A stretch of 64,000 bases of DNA from Roseibacillus sp. (GTDB taxonomy: Bacteria > Verrucomicrobiota > Verrucomicrobiia > Verrucomicrobiales > Akkermansiaceae). The stretch covers positions 64,001 through 128,000 of the forward strand of contig CBDEUM010000009.1 of assembly GCA_965242925.1 (NCBI GenBank), read 5' to 3'. Position numbers and translations under genes: made by a program. How positions within the stretch are numbered: the first letter of the stretch is position 1; each line of letters opens with the position of its first letter. Under the pieces are notes generated by a model. It worked only from the letters and a program-made list of their open reading frames with translations, was not told the origin of the DNA and searched no databases. Shown one piece after another: positions 38,101-48,600 of the stretch.

Positions 38101-40278
38101 CAGGCGGCGGAATTCGTGCCGATGGGCCCTCGGGACACGCAAAAGAGCCATCTGCTCTTCGGCTCCCTCCACCAGATCTTCATACTCCTCCATTTCGTGT
38201 GCGAAGTGGCCCATCTCGTGCCGACGAAAAAGAAAGATGTAGGTCTTGTTGAGTGGTCGGATCTTGGCCCGGTGGTAACCGTTTTTCCGGACAATCACGC
38301 GGCGAAGAGCCTCCGCCTGTTCCAGATCGGGTCCTGCTTCAACCACTCCCGCCCCGGGCGGCTTAGCCGCCCGCCCGATGAGATTGCCGTCATGGTAGAG
38401 ATGCTTCCCTCCACCAAGGCCAATGGGTGAGGCGATGCTGGGAAGTTGATCGAGCACAATGGTCCCGCGGGCGCCATTCTTCGTTTGCTGTACATCAGCA
38501 ATCTGAAGCCCTTTCCCTCCGAACCGGACCAAGCCGCCTCCATCCTCGTGGCAGGTGATCTCTACCTGGCCGTTGAGATCCAGGTCATGGGCGATCATGG
38601 AGGACAGGTCACGGTATCCCTTCTCGGTCAGATCAATGGCCACGCGGTAGTTGTCCGCCTCCTCACCTCCGACTCCCTGCAAGTCGATCACCTCGTGCCT
38701 GCGCTTGAGCCCCTGCTCCCGAATAAAACGTGCGGCCTGCCTGAGTCGCACATTGCGTCTGGCCACAGCAGGGGGGGCCGGATGCATCTCGCTCTGTGGA
38801 ACGGGAGTGAGAAGAATCAGATTCGCTCCCGTCGTTTCGAGATCATCCAGCAGGCGTCGGTATCCGATCTCGAATTCCTTCATCTCCGCCTCGCTCTCGA
38901 GATAGGCTGCCTCCGCCCCATAGCCCACCATCATGGTGGTGGGTTTGGCAGACCGGACCTGCGAGAGCAGTTCCTGGTAGCCGGCCCCGGGGTCACTTCC
39001 CCGTGGGCGCCACGTTCCCGGACCACGGGCTGACTGAAACTCGCCGCGGGCGGTGCCTGCCACATCATCCCCCGGCCAGCCCACGTTTCGGACGGTGATT
39101 TCGTGATGCGGCCAGCGGGCCAGCACTGCCGACTCGAAAAAGCCGTGCTTCTCCATCCCGTAAACCAGGCTGCCGCCTAGCAGCACAATCCGGTTGCGGG
39201 TCACCTCCGGGACCACCACCGCCTCATTGCTGACCTCCCCATCGAACTTCCAGTGCGCCACCAGTGGTTCCTTGATTCCCTCCGGTTGCCCCAGACTCAA
39301 CGCCGCGATCTGCTCCTTCGTCAGCCCACCTTCATAAATCCGCAGATCATCAATCCCCCCGTGGAAAAACTCACTTCGCCCACGATCCGATCCAATAAAC
39401 GCCGGGGCATTCCCCCCCGAGCTCAAGGTTCCTGGCTGCCTCTGCTCACCGATCATCACCCCATCCACGTACAGCCGAAGCATCTCCCCCGCGAAGGTAA
39501 CCGCCACGTGGTGCCAAGCTTCGTCACCCAGCTTCCTTCCCTCGTAGGGGGCTCCAAACTCAACGTACTTCCCCCCGATCGAAAACCCGCACCAGAGCCC
39601 CCAGAAAGGGCCCTCCCTGCCAATGGCAAAAAGGCGGCGCGCTCCATCGTCCTTGCGATAAATGCACTGCCAACTGTCGGTCAGGCGCTCCGGCTTGATC
39701 CACGCCGCAATCGTCGTGGCGGGCCGGCGGAGGCCACCATAGTCGGCCGTCGAAATTCGGACCTGGTCGCTGAAGGCGACCGCCTTGCCGTCCTTCCCAT
39801 CGACAAACCTGACTGCACCATGCGTGAAGGTCGGTCGCGGGATCGCCTTCACGGAAACGTCGGCGACAGGAATCGAGATCTGCTGCGGTTTGCTCCAGTT
39901 TCCAACGACCCCCTCGTGGTCCCACGTGCGGAGCTTCCACCAAACCGTGCTTCCCGCCTCGAAGGCTTTGCCCCGGCAGAGACACTCTCCCCGGATGATC
40001 ACTCCCTCGACCGGCTTGTCGGGAAGGGAATCCATGCGCTGTCCGCTGTCCCACAGGTCACCAACATCCAAGGCCAGCCTCCGTTCATCGCTCGCCACCA
40101 AAACGCGGTAGCTTTGTTGACCCGGTGCGAGCCAGGAAAATCGGTACTCGTGCAGGGTGAGGCCCAGCTTGTTGGGCACAGCCACCGCCTTGAGATCGGA
40201 AGGCTCCGATGCAGCTCCGAGAGAGGCCGGCAACATCCAGAAGGGGAGGCCCACAGCGAGAGCAGAGCGGAAATTCAT
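35182..40278 (-). CDS. Multidomain PVC-type heme protein: GH78 N-terminal-like Fn3, LamG, SGNH-like, dehydrogenase propeller, HEAT, CxxCH
   Basis: FSW...QQSYRVLVAS...GDLWDSG...WWKLRTWD; AWHHVAVT...FHGGIDDLRIY; RIVLLGGS...RNVGWPGD; GFQVNLFAKDP; FRPVDIKMGP; CTTCH...SLMPPGL. Confidence 0.87.
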   Translation of the reverse strand: MNFRSALAVGLPFWMLPASLGAASEPSDLKAVAVPNKLGLTLHEYRFSWLAPGQQSYRVLVASDERRLALDVGDLWDSGQRMDSLPDKPVEGVIIRGECLCRGKAFEAGSTVWWKLRTWDHEGVVGNWSKPQQISIPVADVSVKAIPRPTFTHGAVRFVDGKDGKAVAFSDQVRISTADYGGLRRPATTIAAWIKPERLTDSWQCIYRKDDGARRLFAIGREGPFWGLWCGFSIGGKYVEFGAPYEGRKLGDEAWHHVAVTFAGEMLRLYVDGVMIGEQRQPGTLSSGGNAPAFIGSDRGRSEFFHGGIDDLRIYEGGLTKEQIAALSLGQPEGIKEPLVAHWKFDGEVSNEAVVVPEVTRNRIVLLGGSLVYGMEKHGFFESAVLARWPHHEITVRNVGWPGDDVAGTARGEFQSARGPGTWRPRGSDPGAGYQELLSQVRSAKPTTMMVGYGAEAAYLESEAEMKEFEIGYRRLLDDLETTGANLILLTPVPQSEMHPAPPAVARRNVRLRQAARFIREQGLKRRHEVIDLQGVGGEEADNYRVAIDLTEKGYRDLSSMIAHDLDLNGQVEITCHEDGGGLVRFGGKGLQIADVQQTKNGARGTIVLDQLPSIASPIGLGGGKHLYHDGNLIGRAAKPPGAGVVEAGPDLEQAEALRRVIVRKNGYHRAKIRPLNKTYIFLFRRHEMGHFAHEMEEYEDLVEGAEEQMALLRVPRAHRHEFRRLRAWSAPRQYPDHEVPKQIPAPDVKEELSAFKVAEGFQVNLFAKDPMIANPINLNWDLRGRAWVSTSSTYPHPRPGEKPNDRIVILEDTDEDGVADKHTVFAEGLLVPHSVMPVPGGAYVCSATEVLFLTDSDGDDVAESREVIFSGFGNADVHHMIHGLRWAPWGDLHFTQSIYINSFIDTVHGPRRINGSGIWRLRPETLRLEPFATGMVNPWGFAFNRWGQSFATDGAAGQGPHYVFPGSAFRSAVGAHRVLDGLIRGKPNNTGGEFVAGRHLPEHWQGSFLGNDFRANRTVRYELEESGSGYRAEEVETVLHSSHRSFRPVDIKMGPRGAIYVVDWYNAIIDHGEVDFYHPLRDKSHGRIWRITAEDRPLLSVPAITGAPLQDLLDLLKTREPYTRTQVKRELASRPGGGMMKPVLEWVENLDRADPHFEHHRLEALWLLMGNGVAPPGLLEVILRSPSAQARAAAVRAASIWDSQAGEIDPLGILGRAANDEHPQVRLEAVNGLRGVGSLEAANLALRALDHPADNNLKYALELTVRHLRDQWLPAMESGKRVFEGVSSRLAYALREVNDPRAVSRLVELVSSGGIEADDLPQAVATISALGEEDDLRAMVELASRRPDLLIAVARGVAENGRVPGNAKEILSLLESKNAEVARAAAELAGMWKLSSAQARLVIMAGTPQADPLTVSVTCRALGRLEQYARLKEFSESGRSAVLRSHAVAAWAQSDPSGAAIPAAALLAQLKDGAQAGLVIESFLAHERGPGALSTALERVILPKKSAIEAVRRAYASGREVGVLIAVLNKAGSLKPLSQDLSSPQRRELLAEVAERGDIVRGREIFERKALACTTCHLVNNRGGVVGPDLTSVGAYATPESLLESLLNPSSMIKQGYETAVVTRNDGTSVAGLLQRKTESATLMRDPTGKVIPIPSGEISRIDRSPVSLMPPGLTASLRRDELIDLMRYLTLLGRNP

Positions 40279-40385
40279 GGCACCACGCTATCCCGTGCAA
40301 CTTCCTTTGAAAAGCCGGGTAAAGTCATCCCATGGAGCGTCCATGCAATATGGATAGTAATCCATTCTGGATCACCGGTGGAACC

Positions 40386-41345
40386 ATGTTATCAGTGCGA
40401 ATGTCGTCTCGTGGGCACGTCACTGCATTGATCCTGAGCGTCTCCTTGCTTTCTGCCGTTGCCGACGACGGACAGGGCCAGTTCGTGGTGGCCGGCTACC
40501 TGCCCCACTACCGGGTGACCCAGGTAGCACCGGAATCTCTCAAGCCCCTCACCGATCTCATTTATTTTGGTCTGACTCCACCAGCGGACGGGAGGTTGGC
40601 CGAGGCACCCGTCGCTCCCGCCGTCCTGGAGAAGCTCCAGGAGATCAAACGTATCACCGGTTGTCGTCTCCTCCTCTGCGTGGGCGGGTGGAATCGTTCG
40701 GAGGGATTCGCTGCGCTGGCTTCCAGGGCGAACCTCCGCAAGCAGCTGGTGACAGAGCTGCTGGACTTCTGCCAAAACAACAGGTTCGACGGCATCGATT
40801 TCGACTGGGAGCACCCCAAAGGCCCCGAAGAATTGGTTGCCTACCAAGCCCTCCTGACCGACGCCCGGAAGAGCTTCGGTCCTGCGGGGCTCCTGGTCAC
40901 GGTTGCCCAGGCCAGCTGGCAGAACCTCGGCAAGCCGGCTTACAACACCGTGGACCGGGTGCACCTCATGTCCTACGATCACGACTATCCGCAAGCAACC
41001 CTGGAGAAGTCGCGCAAGGATGTGGAGCGCCTGGTCAGCTCGGGCTGCCCCCCCGGAAAAGTGACCCTGGGTTTACCGTTCTATGGACGTAACAAGGCCC
41101 GGGAGTCTCACACCTACCGCCAGCTCGTGGCCAATCGCAGCTCCCCTCCCGGCCGCGATGAGATCAACGGCTATGCCTTCAACGGACCCTCCACTCTCGC
41201 GCGGAAGATACGTCATGCGCGGGGACGGAAACTGGCCGGGATCATGATCTGGGAGGCGGGCCAGGATGATCCACGGGAAGAGTTCTCGCTCCTGAAGGTG
41301 ATCGGCCGGCAAGCCGGCAGGGGTTCGCCTGCTAGCCCCCGATGA
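40386..41345 (+). CDS. GH18 glycoside hydrolase (chitinase-like), secreted
   Basis: CVGGW; intact catalytic FDGIDFDWEHP (DxDxE); LMSYD; LGLPFYGR; GIMIWE. Start is 40386 or 40401. Confidence 0.9.
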   Translation: MLSVRMSSRGHVTALILSVSLLSAVADDGQGQFVVAGYLPHYRVTQVAPESLKPLTDLIYFGLTPPADGRLAEAPVAPAVLEKLQEIKRITGCRLLLCVGGWNRSEGFAALASRANLRKQLVTELLDFCQNNRFDGIDFDWEHPKGPEELVAYQALLTDARKSFGPAGLLVTVAQASWQNLGKPAYNTVDRVHLMSYDHDYPQATLEKSRKDVERLVSSGCPPGKVTLGLPFYGRNKARESHTYRQLVANRSSPPGRDEINGYAFNGPSTLARKIRHARGRKLAGIMIWEAGQDDPREEFSLLKVIGRQAGRGSPASPR

Positions 41346-42684
41346 GATTGTCCTTCACCGTCACCCCCGGATCTACGAGCACCGGACGGGGGACATCCGG
41401 GGAAATAATATTGCCGGTCACCAGGTTGGCCCCGCCGTTGCCCCGGAATCGAATCGCCCCCTTCGTCTTCTTCTCCTCGCGCCAGTCCGCGATCGTGCAG
41501 CCGCTGATGTTGGTCTGGCTGCAATCCCGTGCATCCACCCCGTAGGGGACGCCCCCAAGGAACTGGCAACCGGAAACGTTGATGCGTCGGCACTGCTCCA
41601 GTTCAAGCAGGGAGGCTCCGCTCTTCTGTCCCCCGGGTTCCTGGTCCTCGATGGTGCAGCCGTTGATGAGACAGTCGTGCGAATTCACCAGCCGGACACC
41701 CGTGTGCATGCTGGACGTGTGACGGCGGAAGCTGTTGGTCCCGATTGTCAGGTGGCTTGAGTTCTCGATCAGGAGATTGCGCTGGCCGCAGGAATAGATG
41801 CAGTTTCCACTGATGACCACGCCGTAGCATCCGGTCAGGTGCACATTGTTCTCCTGGCTCCCGATGACATTCCCGGCGATGGTCCATAATCCCGGTGGCC
41901 GATCCTTCCCCGGGTGATTCAGGATCCGGATATTGGCTCCACCGGACGAAACGGTTGCCTGGATCGTGTTGGAAGCCACCGTGAGCTCATTGACGCTGGA
42001 GCCTTCTGCCGTGGTGTCGACGTAGATTTCGGCCGTGGGTTCCGGTTTCGTCCCGTGGGCGCGATGATTGTTGTATTCAATATCGTTGCCCGTGATCTGC
42101 AGGTTGCGGACTTCCGATCCCTCGATCCGAATGCCGCCCAGTCGGTTGTAGCTGATGTGGCTGCCTGCGATGTTGATCTGGTGAAGATTCACCCGGTCGA
42201 GAAAGATCCCCACCCCGGTATTGAAATAGAGATGACAGTGGCTGATCAGCACATTGCGATTCCGTTCGTGCAGGCGAATCCCATGGCGAACCCTCCGGAT
42301 CAGGACCCCTTCAAAGACGGCCTGCATCGTCTCGATCAGTTCGATGCCATCCGCTTCGGCATGAGTCCCCTCGATCACCAGGTTCTTGATCGTGGGCAGA
42401 CACTGGTCCCACACTTCCGGTTTGATGGTTCCCGGATCACCGGTCCCACCATGAGATCCGACCAGTCGAAAGGCCGGGCCGGCTCCCGCCATCATCACCA
42501 CGCCCTGTCCAGAGCCGTCAAGACAGACGTGCCGCTTGAGGGGCACCTCGATGGGCCGGGTGATTCGAAAGGTTCCCCTCGGAAATTCGAGGACACCGTC
42601 GCCGTCGGCCACCGCATGCTGAATTGCCCTGGTGTCGTCCGCCTCCCCATCACCAATCGCTCCGAAATTGCGTACGTTGCTCAT
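41332..42684 (-). CDS. Right-handed parallel beta-helix protein (pectate-lyase-3-type N-terminus)
   Basis: NVRNFGAIGDGEADDTRAIQHA; repeated xIxGNxI beta-helix turns; no signal peptide. 14-bp convergent overlap with the GH18 gene. Confidence 0.82.
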   Translation of the reverse strand: MSNVRNFGAIGDGEADDTRAIQHAVADGDGVLEFPRGTFRITRPIEVPLKRHVCLDGSGQGVVMMAGAGPAFRLVGSHGGTGDPGTIKPEVWDQCLPTIKNLVIEGTHAEADGIELIETMQAVFEGVLIRRVRHGIRLHERNRNVLISHCHLYFNTGVGIFLDRVNLHQINIAGSHISYNRLGGIRIEGSEVRNLQITGNDIEYNNHRAHGTKPEPTAEIYVDTTAEGSSVNELTVASNTIQATVSSGGANIRILNHPGKDRPPGLWTIAGNVIGSQENNVHLTGCYGVVISGNCIYSCGQRNLLIENSSHLTIGTNSFRRHTSSMHTGVRLVNSHDCLINGCTIEDQEPGGQKSGASLLELEQCRRINVSGCQFLGGVPYGVDARDCSQTNISGCTIADWREEKKTKGAIRFRGNGGANLVTGNIISPDVPRPVLVDPGVTVKDNLIGG

Positions 42685-42845
42685 TGCTCTCTGGTTGGGT
42701 GCGGACCCGAACGGCCCCACCGGGACAGTGTCGGGCGAAAGACGGAGGCTGGCGAGCGTTTCCAACGTCGACCGTCCCCGGGGGGCAGACCCCCTCACCT
42801 TTCCTCCGGCTTGCCGCGGCCCTCTCCGGTTCATAGGTTCGCGAC

Positions 42846-43853
42846 ATGAGATTGCTCATCTGCCCGATTCTCCTCGTTGTCCCCATTCTGGCGAAAGCCC
42901 AGGCCCAGAACCTCACCACCGGTGACCTCAAACTCGAGGGCAGCGTGGCTTTCACGGAAGGTCCCGCCTGGCACCCCAGCGGCAATGTCTACTTCACCGA
43001 CATCGCCAACAACCGCATCATGCGTCGCGACCCGCAAGGGACGATGCATGTCTTCCGCACGCCCTCGGGTCGGGCCAACGGACTGCTCTTTGACCAAAGC
43101 GGTCGCCTCATGGCCTGCGAGGGTGGCGGGGAAGGCGGCAACCGACGGGTGACCCGGACGGAGGAGGATGGAACGATCACCGTCCTGGCCGAACGCTACC
43201 AGGGGAAAAGGCTCAACTCGCCTAACGATCTCGCGGTGGACTCCAAGGGCCGCATCTACTTCAGCGATCCGCGCTACGGCAACCGCACTGATCTTGAACA
43301 GTTTGACGACCACGGAAAGGAAATCGAGGGCGTCTACCGTATCGATGGCCCCGGGAAGATCGTCCGCCTCATCACCCACGAGGTGCATCGACCCAATGGC
43401 ATCCTGGTCTCGGCAGACGACAGGTTCCTCTTCGTGGCTGACAATGTGAACGACGGTCCCGATGAAGGTCTGGGAGGGAACCGCAAGCTCTGGCGCTTCG
43501 ACCTCCAGGCGGACGGATCGATAGATCCCAGGAGCCGGAAGCTCCTCTTCGACTGGGGCAGCGACCGAGGGCCCGACGGGATGGCCCTGGATTCCAGAGG
43601 CCGCATCTTCGCCACTGCCGGATTCAACTTTCCCAAGCCCCCGGTGGAGACCAACAGCAAATACAAGGCTGGTGTCCATGTCTTCTCCCCCGAGGGCACG
43701 CTACTGCAGACCATCCCGGTCCCCGCTGACATGATCACCAATTGCACCTTCGGAGGACCGGCACTCAAAACTCTCTTTGTCACCGCTGGTCACAAACTCT
43801 GGAGCATCCCGGTCAAGGACGCCGGCCGCCTGGCGTGGCCCCCGGCGAAGTGA
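42846..43853 (+). CDS. SMP-30/gluconolactonase/LRE family protein, secreted
   Basis: FTEGPAW; YFTDI; LNSPNDL; IYFSDP; PNGI; GPDGMALD; TNCTFGG. Confidence 0.92.
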   Translation: MRLLICPILLVVPILAKAQAQNLTTGDLKLEGSVAFTEGPAWHPSGNVYFTDIANNRIMRRDPQGTMHVFRTPSGRANGLLFDQSGRLMACEGGGEGGNRRVTRTEEDGTITVLAERYQGKRLNSPNDLAVDSKGRIYFSDPRYGNRTDLEQFDDHGKEIEGVYRIDGPGKIVRLITHEVHRPNGILVSADDRFLFVADNVNDGPDEGLGGNRKLWRFDLQADGSIDPRSRKLLFDWGSDRGPDGMALDSRGRIFATAGFNFPKPPVETNSKYKAGVHVFSPEGTLLQTIPVPADMITNCTFGGPALKTLFVTAGHKLWSIPVKDAGRLAWPPAK

Positions 43854-43880
43854 CGAAGGCTCCAGAACTGTACAAGGCAA

Positions 43881-43902
43881 GCGGCGCCTTTTGAGGCGCC
43901 GC
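43881..43902. terminator. GC-rich hairpin between convergent genes, likely terminator
   Basis: GCGGCGCCT-TTTG-AGGCGCCGC, perfect 9-bp stem; the U-tract is weak. Confidence 0.55.
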
Positions 43903-43911
43903 CCGGTTTTG

Positions 43912-44514
43912 CTAACGAACGATGGTGACCCGGGTTCCTGCAGGAGCCTTCGCAAAAAGGGTCCTGGCCATTTCACGCGGCATCCGAACGCAACCGTGGG
44001 AGGCCGGCGATCCGGGATTCGGGATCGGCCCAACGTGCATGCCGATTCCCGATCCGGTGAGTCGCATCCAGTAGGGCATGGGGCATCCCACAAATTTTCC
44101 GCCCTCTGGTATCGAGTGACAACGGGTGTCCGCATCGCCCACCTTGACGTTCCCGTTCGCATCGTAAATCCGGCCATAGAGGGTGGAGCGTTTAGCGGTC
44201 ACCTTTTCCAGGATCGTGAAAGACCCGATGGGAGTCGAGTGCCCGGCGCGGCCGGTGGCAACGCGGGACTGCCCGACTTTTACTGCTCCACGAAAGAAAT
44301 AGGCCGTCTGCTCACTCAAATCGATACGGACCCGCAAAGGAGCGCTGACACCGTGATCCGACCAGTAGGAATACTGGGTTTGCGTGGCCCCTTCGCGGAG
44401 TTGGTCGATGCGCACGGGACTGGCTTGCCTCAACGATGTGCGGTGCGTAGACGTGGTGCAGGAGGGCAGAAGCACCAGGAGGGCGGCAGCGGCAAGAAGA
44501 TGGGATAGTTTCAT
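43912..44514 (-). CDS. L,D-transpeptidase (YkuD family) lipoprotein
   Basis: Lipobox LLPSC; RIDLSEQ; VATG...TPIGSF; MPYWMRL...GMH...SHGCVRM. Confidence 0.9.
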   Translation of the reverse strand: MKLSHLLAAAALLVLLPSCTTSTHRTSLRQASPVRIDQLREGATQTQYSYWSDHGVSAPLRVRIDLSEQTAYFFRGAVKVGQSRVATGRAGHSTPIGSFTILEKVTAKRSTLYGRIYDANGNVKVGDADTRCHSIPEGGKFVGCPMPYWMRLTGSGIGMHVGPIPNPGSPASHGCVRMPREMARTLFAKAPAGTRVTIVR

Positions 44515-44683
44515 GGTGTGGTTTTGATTGGTCCTTGACGAGGCAACGGAGCGGGGCTCCTTGTTGCCTCCACCGGAAAACCTGCCCTGCGGTTTTCAAG
44601 TTTTCGCCGGTCCACATGAAAAACAGGCCCTTGGCAGCGAATTCTCGTCAAAATGGAAAGTCTGGTCTAGACCCATCGAACTC

Positions 44684-45547
44684 ATGGTGACCCCGGACAA
44701 CCCCCAAGCCACCCCCCTGCAGGACCTTGACGAATGGGAGGATGACCTGCTGCGACGCTATCCGAAGGAGGGCGGGGGCGATCGCAAATTCCGTGACTAC
44801 GAAAGCGAGGCCCGATCAAGTGTCCGTGAGTTCTATCGACTGAACCACCACCACCAGACGATGGAATTCGTCCAGGAGAAACGTGCCGAATATCTTCCAC
44901 TCAACAAACGCAGGATGACGGTGTGGGAAGCCCTGGAGTATCTCAATACCCTCGTGGACGACAGCGACCCGGACATTGACCTGCCCCAGATTGAGCACCT
45001 CCTGCAGACCGCCGAGGCCATCAGACGCGACGGTCATCCCCGCTGGTTTATCCTGACCGGTCTCATTCACGATCTGGGCAAAATCCTCTGCCTCTTTGGT
45101 GAACCTCAGTGGGCAGTCGTGGGCGACACCTTTCCCCTCGGCTGCAGGTTCTCCGAGAAAATCGTCTATCACGAGTTCTTCTCCGACAACCCGGACTCTA
45201 CCCGACCGGAATACGCTACCCCGCTCGGCCTCTACGAGGAAGGATGTGGACTCAACCAGGTGACCATGTCGTGGGGACACGACGAGTATCTCTACCATGT
45301 GGTCAAGGACCGCCTGCCCGAGCCCGCCCTCTACATGATCCGCTATCACTCCTGTTACCCGATCCACCGGGAGGGAGAGTATGCCTGTCTCATGAACGAC
45401 CATGACCGCGAGATGTTCGCCTGGGTCAAGGCCTTCAATCCCTACGACCTCTACACCAAGAGCAGCCAGCGGGTGGATGTCGCCGCCCTGCGGCCCTTCT
45501 ACGAGGATCTGATCGAGGAATACCTCCCCGGAAAACTGGCATGGTGA
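44684..45547 (+). CDS. miox: myo-Inositol oxygenase (HD-domain di-iron enzyme)
   Basis: [48 protein letters not shown], matching the MIOX iron- and substrate-binding motifs. Confidence 0.9.
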   Translation: MVTPDNPQATPLQDLDEWEDDLLRRYPKEGGGDRKFRDYESEARSSVREFYRLNHHHQTMEFVQEKRAEYLPLNKRRMTVWEALEYLNTLVDDSDPDIDLPQIEHLLQTAEAIRRDGHPRWFILTGLIHDLGKILCLFGEPQWAVVGDTFPLGCRFSEKIVYHEFFSDNPDSTRPEYATPLGLYEEGCGLNQVTMSWGHDEYLYHVVKDRLPEPALYMIRYHSCYPIHREGEYACLMNDHDREMFAWVKAFNPYDLYTKSSQRVDVAALRPFYEDLIEEYLPGKLAW

Positions 45548-45636
45548 ACAGACGGATCTCTGAATGGCATTACTGCCAAAAAGCAGGAAAGCCCAGGAAC
45601 TGGTCGGAGATTACTTCATCCAAGCCCACGCGGTGC

Positions 45637-48600
45637 ATGACCTCAACCTTCAGATCGGGGCAACCCACTTCGACCCAGGGGATTACGCCATTGCTGCCCA
45701 CGGCAAGCACGGGTATCCGTGTCGCCTTTCTCGCCCTCTGCCTCCCGGTCGCCGGCCCATTGCTGGCAGATGACGACTTCCCGATTGTTCCCGCTGACCT
45801 CGAAGTCTCGCTTTTCGCCAGGGACCCGCTGGTCCGCAATCCCTGCGCTCTCGCCTTTGATGGGAAGGGCCGGCTCTGTGTGGGAATGGGTCCGCAATAC
45901 CGCAAACCGACCCCCGGGACGCCTGGTGACTCGGTGTGGATCCTGATCGATGAAGATGGGAATGGGACTGCCGACTCGCGGAAGGAGTATGCCTCCGGGT
46001 TCAACTCCATCCAGGGACTCGCGTGGCGGGGAGGCGACCTGTATGTCGCAAATGCCCCGGAACTCACCATCGCACGTGATCTCGACGGCGACGACGAAGC
46101 AGATGAGTATGTCCGCCTCTACACTGATCTCGGCAATCTTGAGCACGGGCTTCATGGATTGAACTTCGGCCCTGACGGCAAGCTCTACATGTCGAAGGGC
46201 AATTCGAAGGGTTTCACCCAGCCACCCCACCGCGTGGCTCCCCAGCCCTTCCGTGACCTCTGGGGAGTCAAGGCCCCCGGACTGCCCGACTTCCCCGCGC
46301 CGATCACCTATAAAAAGGGCCATTACCAGAAGAATTACCATGACCCCGCCGACGACTGGGGCCTCAGCGGGGGGATCCTGCGTTGCGACCCGGATGGCTC
46401 CAATCTCGAGATCGTCTCCCGGGGATTCCGTAATCCCTGGGACATCTGCTTTGATGACGAATTCAACTGGCTGGGAACCGACAACGATCAAACCCTCGGC
46501 GACAAGATCTTTTCGCCCTTCTTCGGGGCTCACTTTGGCTGGGGCCACATGTGGGCCTACGACTGGCAGGGCGACCAGCACCTCCCCACCGCCCCTTCCG
46601 CCGGTCCCCTCTTTGAGGGTTCGGGAACCGGGGTGATCTACTGCGGACTGGAGTCCTATCCTGAGAAATATCGCGACATTTTTCTCATCAACGACTGGTT
46701 GCGTCGTGAGGTCTATCTCTATCGACCCAGGTGGGTCGGGGCCTGGATGCGATCGGATCGCGAGAAACTCAAGATCTTTGCCCACGCCGGAGGAGGAAGG
46801 ACCATGGGGCAGAGCGAGGGACGCCGCTTCGATCCGGTGGATCTCGAACTGGGGCCGGACGGCGCCGTCTACATCGCGAGCTGGGGCCGCCAATACGGGT
46901 TGAAGGAGGAAAACGGACGACAGGTCAACGAAGGGCGAATCTACCGAATCTGGCCCAAGGCAGCCCCTCCCGATCCGAGTGCGGCGCAAAGTCCACACCG
47001 CCGCAAACCGATGGTCAGGTGGACCCCGGGTGAACTGTTCCGGGATCTGGGAAGCCACGTCCCTGCATGGCGGACAAATGCACAGATGGAAGTTCTCGCG
47101 AGAGAGATCGACGATCGGGACTACGTGATCCGGGTCCTTCCCGGGACAAAACGGCTGGAGACCTGGAAGGTCTGGACGATGGGGCGCCGGAATCCGGGAG
47201 CGGCACAGGATGCCACTCTCCTCCGGATGATGCTCGATCCCTCCTCGCAGGGCACAACACAGGTCATGCGCCTGCTCGCTCACCGCGTCAGGACCCGGGG
47301 TGGAAACGAACTGCCCGATCTCGCCCGCTCACAGTTGGAATCAAAAGACGCCCGCCGCAGGCATGAGACGGTTCTTGCCATGTGGCAGGTCGGAGAGACG
47401 CGCTGGAATGAGGACCTGCTCCGGTTGATCGCCCACGAGAAGGACCGGGTGGTGTTCTACTCCGCCTGGGGTGCCCTGAGGGAACTCATGCCGAACGGAG
47501 AACGCCGGAGGTTACTCTCCGACCCGCGACCCGCCGTACGGAGAGCAGCCCTGCTCTCGCTGCTGGAGGAGGATACCCTGGCGGACCCGGAGATCCGGGC
47601 CATGCTGACCGACTCTGATCGGGATACTGCTGCCCTTGCGAAAGTGCGACTGGGAGGGAAGGCCCAGACGGAAATTCGCGGGAGCAGTCTGGAACGGGGG
47701 GCTGACCCTGAGAATGCAACGGAGGCTGGTCGCTCTCCCGGCCCCCGGCCGGTCTCGGTGGTCTCGAACATTCAAAGCCGGGAGCGCGCGCACTATGAGG
47801 AAGCCTACCTGACTCTGGGAACGCACGCCTATACCGACCGCCGATACCGCATCAAGGACCTCCCGTCCGAACTGGAAGGGCTCACCTTTATCCGGGCTGC
47901 CAACAACGATGCTGATCACAAGCACGGCTCCTTTCTCAAGATCAACCTGCGCTATCCCTCCACCGTCTTTCTCGCCGACGACATGCGGGGCGGCCAACTG
48001 CCCGCCTGGGCGCGAGGGAAGTGGGCTCCGACCAAGCTTGTCCTCTCGACTGATGACGCCTCCCACCGACTATTCAAGGCGGAGTTCCCCGCGGGGGAGG
48101 TGCTCTTCGGACCGAACAGGGAAGGCGTGGAAGGGCGAAAATCAAACTACCTCGTCATCCCCATGCCGCAGATCCTGGCCCCTCCGCAGCAACCTTCGAC
48201 CGTCAAAGCGGTTCTTCCACTGATAGCGAAGGCCAATGCAGAGCGCGGACGCGCGCTCTTCCTGAGCAGGAGTGGAGCGGACTGTGCAAGGTGTCACAAA
48301 CTGGAAGGCATAGGTAATGTTTTTGCGCCCGACCTGCACGGCATTGCAACGCGGGCCACGGCTGAATTCATCGTGCGCTCCATCCTTGAGCCGAGTGCCG
48401 CCATAACGGAGGGCTTTGTCCTGCATGTCGTGAAAACCAGAAGCGGGGAGCACATTCCCGGCATCGTCATCAAGGAAACCGCCCGGGCCGTGACTCTGGC
48501 CCTGATGGACAGCTCGACCAGGGTGGTGGCCACCAACGATATCACCAGTCGGGAAACCATCCCCACCTCCGCCATGCCGCCCGTCTTCGCACAAATGCTG

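Noticed and set aside
41332..41345. Convergent 14-bp overlap of the GH18 and beta-helix genes
   Set aside because: Short 3' overlaps are common in compact genomes, and there is no sign of truncation or a functional link.
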